Shown here: one piece after another, positions 54,557 through 64,000 of the stretch
How the letters are laid out: every line of letters begins with the position of its first letter
Position numbering within the stretch: the stretch's first letter is position 1
Source of the DNA: Tubulanus polymorphus
Taxonomy: Eukaryota; Animalia; Nemertea
NCBI RefSeq assembly: GCF_964204645.1
Contig: NC_134026.1
Location: 22,230,150 to 22,294,149, forward strand
Direction of reading: 5' to 3'
Length of the DNA stretch: 64,000 bases
Position numbers and translations under genes: made by a program
Notes under the pieces: generated by a model
Databases searched by the model: none
What the model saw: only the letters and a program-made list of their open reading frames with translations
Told to the model about the DNA's origin: nothing

Positions 54557-56196
54557 CTATGCAAAGACAAAAAGAAAAAGATTGATAACATATCAATGCA
54601 ATCCAGATAGAATGAAATTGTAAAATACCCCCGGCTAACCTTGAACATGTTATTTTAGACTGCTGGATATACAGTTCCAGGAATATTCTCTTTTATAGCA
54701 AATCTCATCTCCCTTTCTACACTTAGGGCATAAAACTGCTATAAATTAGCTATTAATGCGAAATGTACGTCGTCTGAATAACAATTCGTCAACTGGCATC
54801 TCCGGTGTCACATTATTGAATTCCCTGAGATCGGGTATCAGTTCCCATCAGGGATGGAAGATATGTCAAACGCTGTTGTTCTTTTGAGAACTTAGCTAAG
54901 TAGATATTTATTCATTCAAAAGGAAAATAGATTAAAAAACTTTTTAAATTATACAAATACGTAGAAAAGCTGCTGAAATATATATCAAATGTTACTATAA
55001 AACAGATTAGGTTTGATTTAAAATACAGTCTCTCATAATACAAGAGAGGAACATACATTCACAGCTAGGCTGCTGGACTGAAAATACTAGATATTAAGTT
55101 CTTTCTAATGTAGAAGCAAGTTATATTTATAAATAAAATAATTCAAATAGATTTCGATTCATTTCATAGTCAGCGAATATTCAGTATTTCAATAAATCTG
55201 CCAATTTGCGGGTCGATAAAAAAGGCAGGTTTTTCTGACAGGTAAGTTATAAGATGTTTGACAGATGCGCGGAGAACAGTATTCAAAATTTGATTCGCGT
55301 CAATATTCTGATTCGGGCCGTGATTTATTGCATCAAATTTTAAATGAAAAAATGGAATCAAATGGAGATAACATTGAAACGGTTGCGCTTATTAAGAAAA
55401 ATGCAAATTCAATTTCTGCGTAAATCTTTTTGTCGACAAGTACTTTCAATACCATTGGGTTGATTGTGCCAATACCTAGACAGTTACAAATCTAATTCGT
55501 TTTGACTTGAACCAATCATATTTACATATCCAGATAGGAATTGAATTAACTGAAAGGCTAATAGATGGATACATTCTTAGGATGCATAACATAGACCTTG
55601 AATAGACTGACTGATGATAATGGACACTTGGGGGTGATGGGACCTAATCCAGGAACAATCTTCATTGCTCAATCTACCGGGCTCGATTTACATCGCTGCA
55701 TGGCTTCTCATAGAACCTTTTAGATACCGAGCAGCACAGCGAATTCAATACTGTGAACATTGAAACAAGTAAACTTATATCGCGCCGGACCTGAGAGTTA
55801 ATACTGTGTGTAAACTTGCGTAGGTTTCGATAAGGATTATCCGGATCGTGGCACTGAAATTAACACGTTTGTAACCGACGTTGCCTTCATCAGATTTTAA
55901 GCTTCAAGGAGCTATCTTCATACTGCAATGGCGACGGAGGTTTATCGAAAGGAATCCCCGATGTATGCAATTCGGGATTTAGATATCACATTTGGTAAAG
56001 ATCCCTTGATGAAGTGTTGAGCATCGAGATAAGCAGAGATATGTCACCTTGAGATAATCAACGATTAACATATTTTGATTCGAATTGAATCGAATACTGT
56101 AGAACTGTGACCTAAGTTGCCATAGCATTGAATGAATGCCAGACAGTGAAACATCAATCAGCATAATTCAATATGGCCATTAATATGTTTACTTAC

Positions 56197-56393
56197 TTCC
56201 AGTAGTTCATCGCCAACTTGTATACGACCATCTCTACCGACTGGACTATTGGGTACAATACCCACTATGAATATACTCATCATGTTGAGATCTTTATTGC
56301 CCGCCAAACTCAGCCCGAGTCCGTTCTGGCCCCGCTCCAGCTCTATCAAGTGCAAGCTGCCATTAAGGTCACCATACTTTTTATGAATGCTCT
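56197..56393 (-). CDS. MPDZ: MPDZ exon (PDZ8-like); most 5' exon recognised, the gene continues upstream
   Basis: ttttcag|AG AGC ATT: SIHKKYGDLNGSLHLIELERGQNGLGLSLAGNKDLNMMSIFIVGIVPNSPVGRDGRIQVGDELLE|gtaagt. Confidence 0.95.
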
Positions 56394-57382
56394 CTGAAAA
56401 ACATAAATACAAAAACAAATCATGCAAGTTGCAGAATCTTTTGCCATTTTACTGTAAGCATCGGGAATATAAATTCAATCAGGCATAGCGGTGACAACAT
56501 CGTCCTATTCCCGTGAACGAACAAGACATTATTCTGCTGAAATTTCCCTGGGGTCATTTAAAACATTCGAAGTCAGTCAGATGATGATGATCCGATTGAG
56601 AGATCTATAGAGAAACTTTGCAGCTTATCATCTATCACAGCAACGCCGAAGACTTAACATCATTTTAAAAGATATTTTATCGTGCCAGCTGTGTAAAGCA
56701 TAAACGTTTCGATTTCATGTCAGAACACTGCCGTGGAAGTGTGATAAAAATGATTTAAGGAGATGAAATAGTCCATTTGTACACAGAAAAGGTTTTGGTA
56801 TTGTGTTTATCGATTCATCAACGCTGCGTCATAAGACGTGAAAAAATCAGGAAAAACAGCCCACCTGAGCATTACACAATATTCCCTTTTCGTGTCATTG
56901 CCTCGTTATAAGCTGACACATATTTTCATCACTTCACACTTTTTTAAGAACGAAGGAAGTATATATGGCACCTTTGTTGAGACAAAGTTTTAGTAACTGA
57001 TAGTGAATTTCCATTGGTTATACCCGGTAATTTTAGGCCATAAAAATGTGTATAAGAATCATACCTAAACATTAATGATATAAATACAGTAGTCTTCTTA
57101 TAGATGAATTAGTTTGGGAAAATAGAAATCCTAATTGATTGTCATTAAAGAATTCCTTGAGCACCTGAACTTTACAAAGAGTTCATCTGTACTGTCGTGA
57201 AGACAGTTTCTGTTGCGTGCGTGTTTGTTTGCCAATGTGCCGATGTCAAGTCCAATGTGAATGAAAAAGAAAAACTTATCAAATGACAGCGCACCCATAT
57301 GCAAGGTTTCGATGTCATCACGTCTCCAATTCATTAGAACGATGTCATATAAGTGCGTTTGAAGCTAAATAAAACAGCCTAA

Positions 57383-57555
57383 CATCCTTAAAACAGCCTT
57401 TAAATCTAAGCTCAAAACCCATTTGTTCATCAAAGCTTTTGATTAAACCTGTTTCAGTTTTCTCTGTTCTCTTTTTATATTTGATGTAGAACCAATGAGC
57501 ATGTCTTATATGGATTTTAGGGTGAATAAATTACTATTACTATCATTATAATTAT
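57383..57555 (+). mobile_element. 3' fragment of an L2/CR1-group LINE
   Basis: 57399-57446 translates to FKSKLKTHLFIKAFD*, the typical ORF2 C-terminus, followed by a short UTR, aataaa and an (ATT/ACT)-like tail. Confidence 0.7.
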
Positions 57556-59033
57556 GAACTCGTAGACGTAGATAAAATTTCATCTTCGCATTTCGACATG
57601 CGTCGTTGCCATGATGTCATAAACGCATGCACTTATAAAACTTGATGAAGCGGAGTCTTTCAGATGAGTTAAGGTTTCATGGTTTCATGCTTTTCCGGTG
57701 TAAGACATCGTTGATCAAGTGAAGAGATGCTATTCTGAGCGAGAAGATGAGCGGCAATGCTTTGCGTTGAAAATGAGATAATAAAGCTAACACATTATAA
57801 ATGGAGAAAATGAAATCGAAATCCACTTGTGAATGCTCGAAAAGCTGAAAACATGATGTAATAACAGTTTTTAAGCAAGAAATGCGGGTAATGGCAAAGG
57901 TAACCGCTACTGAAGAATGATCACAGGAATAAAATGAGAGATGTTGGAATGTTGATCTATCACATACGTTTTAATTGTGGTATTCTACCGATGTTCTGGT
58001 TGTATTCTGGTGGTATCCGGGTACCGTTGAAACATTGTGGTAATTATACAGCTATATATCTCAAATGTATGCAATTACCAGGCCTTAATAATTCAGTTAT
58101 TGACAACACTACCAATGCAATTTCTTTCATCGAATAAATTAAAGACATATAGATAAAGAATGGTGCTGTACTGAAGTGGTATATTCGTATATTGGAAATG
58201 TCGCCATGTTCATTCTTCAGGTTTTCAATACTGAGTGCAGGCTACCACTCGCTACACATGGATTCTTCACAAAAATGTTTTCTATCCCCCATTTTTTCAA
58301 TCAGTATTCTGAATGATTTATGATGTGTTTTTACAGGAAATAAAAGGCACTAGACATCAATTCAATAATATCTGTTGTTGGGTGTGGTGCGCTAGGATCC
58401 GGTGATAAATTCCGTACATCTCCTCGGACCGGTTGAAAGATTGTTGATGATTTAGTATTGACAATATACCATAAATGATTTACTTTGACAATATCGATTC
58501 TGGAAATACATAGCAAGGCATGTAAATTAGTACTTTTGCTTCTTATCGTAGGTGATAAAAGCTTGGAGTAATCATTGTCAAATGATAAAAGTGAGTTCAA
58601 AAATATCTACTGACGAACTATTCCCGGGGTTCTTTGAACGAGGATCAATGGAATGACAAGCCTGCTGCAGTCATTTCCTCAATCTCCGGAGTTAAAAAAT
58701 GAGCTATCAAATCAATTTTCATGTTCACAATCGCAATCACCCCAAAGGTTTCATTATGCGCGGTAATCTTAAAGGGGTCGGCATTAACAACCGATACAAC
58801 TTGTTATTTGTGTGATGTAGATACCATATGCACTCTTCAATGTAAGATTAGCTATCTAACTCCAAGCCTCGTTTTGTGAAAGAACACACTTCAAGTTACT
58901 CAGTAGTTATTAGGTTTTCTGACCTATTCTTATTCCCTCCATTGATATCGTCATTTTCTTTACTCCACACTTCGACTGTATAATTTTCTGTATTTTACTG
59001 CTATTCTGGGTGAAATCATAACGTGTCATTAGA

Positions 59034-59954
59034 TATGGTGGCTGATAAGGGCCATAGCGTAAAATTCCTGGTATGTAAATGAGGGCGCCAGAACGCCAGA
59101 ACGCCAAAACGAAAAAAAACGTCCAATTTTCTCTAAAAGTTCGTTTTGGCGCGCCAAAACAAAGAAAATTCCGTTTTGGCGCCCCCGCCAAAACGAACTT
59201 TCATTTTGGCGCCCCCGCCAAAACGAACTTTCGTTTTGGCGCCCCCGCCAAAACAACGAAAAACGTCCAATTTTCTCTGAAAGTTCGTTTTGGCGCGCCA
59301 AAACAACGAATATTCCGTTTTGGCGCCCCCGCCAAAACGAACTTTCGTTTTGGCGCCCCCGCCAATACGAACTTTAAACCACGTAAAATAGTTCTATATA
59401 TACGTAAAATATTTTCATTTATGAAAATTTATGCAAATTACACACAAGATCAACGCGCCAATTTGAAAAATAATTTTACTGTGGTTGAATGCTTGTTTTG
59501 GCGGGGGCGCCAAAACGGAAATAACGCCAAAACGATTTTTTCTTTGTTTTGGCGCGCCAAAACGAACTTTCAGAGAAATTTCGACGTTTTTCGTTGTTTT
59601 TGCGGGGGCGCCAAAACCAAAGTTAGTTTTGGCGGGGGCGCCAAAACGGAATTTTCTTTGTTTTGGTGCGCCAAAACGAACTTTTAGAGAAAATTGGACG
59701 TTTTTCGTTGTTTTGGCGGGGGCGCCAAAACGGAATATTCGTTGTTTTGGCGCGCCAAAACGAACTTTTAGAGAAATTTCGACGTTTTTTGTTGTTTTGG
59801 CGGGGGCGCCAAAACGGAATTTTCTTTGTTTTGGCGCGCCAAAACGAACTTTTAGAGAAAATTGGACGTTTTTTTTCGTTATGGCGTTCTGGCGTTCAGG
59901 CGCCCTCATTTACATACCAGGAATTTTACGCTATGGCCCTTATCAGCCACCATA
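59034..59954. mobile_element. 921-bp foldback non-autonomous DNA transposon, IS3EU-like
   Basis: attaga|TATGGTGGCTGATAAGGG ... CCCTTATCAGCCACCATA|attaga: 6-bp TSD, TAYGG termini, long TIRs made of ttttggcgcgccaaaa and ttttggcgcccccgccaaaa sub-repeats. Confidence 0.85.
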
Positions 59955-60499
59955 ATTAGAACTACGGGGTGTTAAAAAATACTTCACATTAACTTCAAAA
60001 TGCATTTTCAAAATGCATTTTTATCCACATCTATTCACTAGATTAAGGGATTTTGATGAAAATTGATTACACATGCACCTAATATCAAGAGAAAAGCAAC
60101 ATCCTACACAATTAGTTCCTACTCTTACCACTAGGGTGAAGGGTAAATCTTTAAAAAAAAAACAACTCATTTCATCATCAGTTTTTATTAATTATCTCGC
60201 AGACAAGGCTCTAGTTATCAGCATTCTAATATTTCATGACTGATGTGATAATGACAAATGATTATTGTTTTAAATCGACGATTATCACTTCGTCATAATT
60301 CAAAATCTTGCAACCATAATAAAGCAATCGCTAATGACTGCTGACAATTATTCAGTATCCGATGACAAATGACATGCATGGAACGAAGCATTTTTACCAT
60401 CCCTCAAGATCAAAGCAAATGTTTTTTGACAAACGATATAAAAACAACGCCCCAGACACACCTTATTTCAGGTCATACGTCATCATTCCAACTGATGAT

Positions 60500-60706
60500 A
60501 GCTGAAGACAAGAGACAATTTGGCCCCATGCCAAATTGGCACGGATCAGGCCCGCGCCAAATTTGACCCGTGCCTAATTAGAGTGTGTTCATCACGCAAA
60601 CCACTCAATTGACCCTGAACTTATACAAAGCGAAGTGAGTCACTTCCGGAACCAGTTGCAATTCACACGCAATTATTTGACCAGTGCTTAAATTAGGCTC
60701 AGTCGT
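60500..60706 (+). mobile_element. MITE family A, partial copy
   Basis: ccaaattggcacggatcagg...cccgtgcctaattagag...caaagcgaagtgagtcacttccggaaccagttgcaattc is homologous to the 29176 copy. Confidence 0.8.
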
Positions 60707-62215
60707 GGAAAAAACAATATCATTGAGCCTTTTACTTGGATATTACACCATTCTATCAGCATCACACCATACAACAAGAAATCCAACCTGAATGTTTATC
60801 CATCAATGTATATAAGTGCTATTGTAACGTTTTTAGGGCGTCAAAAAATTATATTTTCAGCTTATTTTGGTTGCAGGATGATGGTGACGATTTGTTCACG
60901 GTTAATGCCTTTTTTGTTTCTCAATTAGCTTCATCAAAGATAAGCACAATGACCACATTGATTATCACAAAACATTGACAAAGACGGTCGGTCCGCTTTG
61001 AAATAAGAGATTGTCACAGGCGACTAGAATAAGCCAAGATACATGAAATATAAATGAAACCATTGAATATGTCTGAACGGGCAACGTCTCAGGGGGAGCT
61101 AAACTATGGGCTAGATTCATAGAAACTTATGTAATATGAATGAAATCAAGCTGCATTGGGTTGATCCGTGTGTAAAACTGACTGGCAGCCGTCAAATATA
61201 AAATGAGATGACAGGTAAAAAACAAAACTCCGAGACCTGCGGCACTTTTTAGTTTACGCAGAGGAGGGTTCAAAATTTGCCTTTCATTTGAAGCAGTTTC
61301 TGAGAAAATTAATCAACATAGGCATCAACTGAAACGGCATTCACGCCATCAGATGAAGCAAGGCAGAAACACGCTCCTATGCCAAATCAGTGTCAAGTTT
61401 CCATAGCCTAAAAATCTGGATGTCCGATCTGGATGTTAGACAAGGCTTGATTTAAGGTCAGTTTTGGTTCCATAGCCAATCTAATCAAGACTGTCCAACT
61501 GTCCTGGCGGTTTGTAAGATTGGTTACATTAATGAGCTTTCCACGTATATTTAACTGAATTATGATCTTTGGACAATAAATCAGGGTTTTACGCGACACT
61601 TTGAGGATTCTTCGCTGCTAAATTGGGAAAAGATACGACAGCAAGTGATATGTGTGCGCTTCAACGCGAACGAACGGCAGAATAAATCTAATAGCACTCC
61701 CACACACCAACCTGTCACCGCCATCCAGCACTATTTACCGGGTCCACAATGGATTATCTGTCATCACGGTTTCACCGAGATTATCACCGATGAGCGAGAG
61801 AATTGTTTCCAACTGGAGAATTAAAACCGTGGCTGCGTACATGATTTTTCCCAAATCCGGAAAGTTGAGTTAATCTATATGCGCAGAAATGTGACTTCAA
61901 GTGTCTCTTGCGCTCACAGGGGACCGAATTATTCACTAAGTGCACTTGAATATAAGAAATATAACGATGAATACATCAAGAACGAGATGTATTTTCTCAA
62001 CGGGTAATGTGTACATATCTTCAGAGAAGACTTGCAACTATTGTTGTTACAATATTTAATTTAGTAGTAGACTAGCGCTGGCTGCAATCCCCAGTGGTTC
62101 GCATTACAGCATACACCACATTGGCAGAATTATCACATTACAAAATCTGTAGTATAATTCAGACTCTTTCCAATGCGGGTGCCACGGAAATTTCGTATTT
62201 CGATTTTGAATTATA

Positions 62216-62627
62216 AGCTGCGTTCACACTAGGATTTCAGTACGGTACTAAGCGTTCATACTAGGAAATTATTCGAGGCCTATTCGCGGCTTATTCAGTT
62301 CCGCACTGAAATACGCGGCTTATTAAGCGCCGAAAACCCGGTCTCAGTACGGCATTGAGCTGGCTGCGTATTTTCTGTAGTGTGAACGCAGATTGGGCGC
62401 TTAGCTAGCCGCGTATTCACATCCTTGTACATGTAGTACAAAACACTTAGCACTAATTACACTCCCCTCTATTGGCACACCGGGTGACTACTATACTGGG
62501 CTTACTAAGTGCCGAATCGCGACTCGTAGTGTGAACGTAAATGGCTGTATAAGCGCCGTATTTTGGTGAATTCGGCACCAGCGAAGTACAGTACTTCGTA
62601 AGCGCCGAATCTAGTGTGAACGCAGCT
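62216..62627. mobile_element. Harbinger-like MITE with a 17-bp perfect TIR
   Basis: ata|agctgcgttcacactag ... ctagtgtgaacgcagct|ata; internal copies of the TIR motif. Confidence 0.85.
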
Positions 62628-64000
62628 ATACTCAGTAGACCCAGAGACAAAATTTTCCCACGAAATTATAATCATCTCGTCGCGTCTTAATCTAAACAAA
62701 TTCCTTGAATGAATTTATCGATTTAAAGATTCATCATTCACTCGGATCTTGCCGATATTCAATGAAAGACCGAATGGAACCCTTCAAATGCAATAAACTA
62801 CACGCCTGCAATGGGCGAGCATGATTCAGAAATCTACACGATCAAGTGGAAAGGAATTTATGGCCGTCCCATGGCCCCTGGAAGATTTGATGGAGGTGAT
62901 TTGCTTCATTGAGGTGGTTTATAGGTGATCGTCGAAGAATCTGGTATCACACACAGTTCAAGCGTGTGCAAGATGATGACTGGAACATCAATCATAGATT
63001 TGGAGGAGAGAAAATACTGGAATCCATGGCAACAGTTCCGCTAAGACTTTTTTTTTGAAGAGCAAAAATCCGTCACCGATAATCCCTGTCAAAAAGGTGA
63101 GCGGATCAGGCGATGAAAGATTTCCGGCTGCAGCGATGCAAGACGATTCCACAAAAATAAGGATGAATTTGAACGTTTTGCTATCGGATTCAGACTTGTT
63201 CAGCTGTTACTCATAAAACACGACAATAAGCAAATAACATATAAGCAGATGGTTTACATATGTTTCATCATTTAAAAAGCTGAAAGTCTGGTTGCAGCAT
63301 GAGTGAATAAGTGAATACTAGGCTACCACAAGATTTCTCAGTACAGTGGTAGCGGCATAAAATCTGAAGTAGAAAATATTGGTCTAGATCTATAGAAGAT
63401 GAAATTGGATTCATGAAATCTTTGACATACCTATCTCAGTCCCAGATAGAGTTAATCGCTGTCTATCCATATTCATTTATAACCGTGTTGAGTTAAACTA
63501 AATTCTCATATTATTCCATCAATAATCGTGAGAAAGATTTTCAACCATATACGCTGCATACACATTCGATAAATCCGACTGTGAAAAAAGTTGCATGGCT
63601 CGAAATTCAGCAATTTTTCCACCAGTGAAGTGGCGACAATGCGAAGAAACCCCGCATAGGTGACTAAATATTGGTCGTCGATGCTAATGAAATAACGACC
63701 CTAGCGCTGAGCCGATGAGGTGTTTCCTGTCTGGCATTTAGTCAGCCTAACTGATTGCATCCTGGGCTTCCATGGATTTGCATCACCTGAGCTGCCGTGA
63801 ATATTCAACGCTTTTACCCCCGTTGACACAAGAATTACTTCGCAACCTGTTGCCACAGCGTGAAGAGGATAAGAGACCGCGTTCCACGAATGAATATTGT
63901 TAATTCGTATGCATTACGAGTGCAGACACAGCCGATTTGCAGCGATAGTGACAACCGCTACCGCCACCCTAGTCATCGCCGATCTTCTGATCACATCAGC

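Noticed and set aside
58910-59959. FGAPAK/WRGRQN repeat ORFs and a CRISPR-like look
   Set aside because: Sub-repeats of a foldback transposon: the spacers are themselves repeated, ORFs mirror on both strands, and there are no cas genes in this eukaryotic context.
56394-64000. Further upstream MPDZ exons or an internal promoter (GC-richer patches near 61650-61870 and 62760-63220)
   Set aside because: I found no PDZ-like translation or phase-1 donor that I could support; probably a long intron.

Overview
AT-rich eukaryotic genomic DNA from an invertebrate metazoan, with GT-AG introns and no prokaryotic features. Two spliced genes lie on the minus strand. (1) A complete Rab3 GTPase gene (coding exons 17042-16818, 9671-9553, exon 3, 1061-871; 219 aa, C-terminal CQC). 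Exon 3 exists as two intact 125-nt paralogous copies (7632-7508, divergent; 4835-4711, canonical) that must be mutually exclusive, plus a decayed third copy at about 4984-4888. (2) The 3' part of a multi-PDZ scaffold gene (MPDZ/PATJ family; last six PDZ domains, 56393 to 41480), with several candidate in-frame cassette/micro-exons and possible alternative terminal exons. The rest is intronic or intergenic and rich in non-autonomous transposons: six copies of a Harbinger-like MITE, piggyBac-like and Tc1-like MITEs, Helentron-type elements (one with a 154-bp tandem array of CTCF-like motifs), a 921-bp IS3EU-like foldback with a 6-bp TSD, and an L2/CR1 3' fragment. There is also a 1.9-kb perfect (CA)n tract. 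The main candidate novelty is a Rab3 isoform switch built by tandem exon duplication. All exon boundaries were read by hand and none has transcript support.
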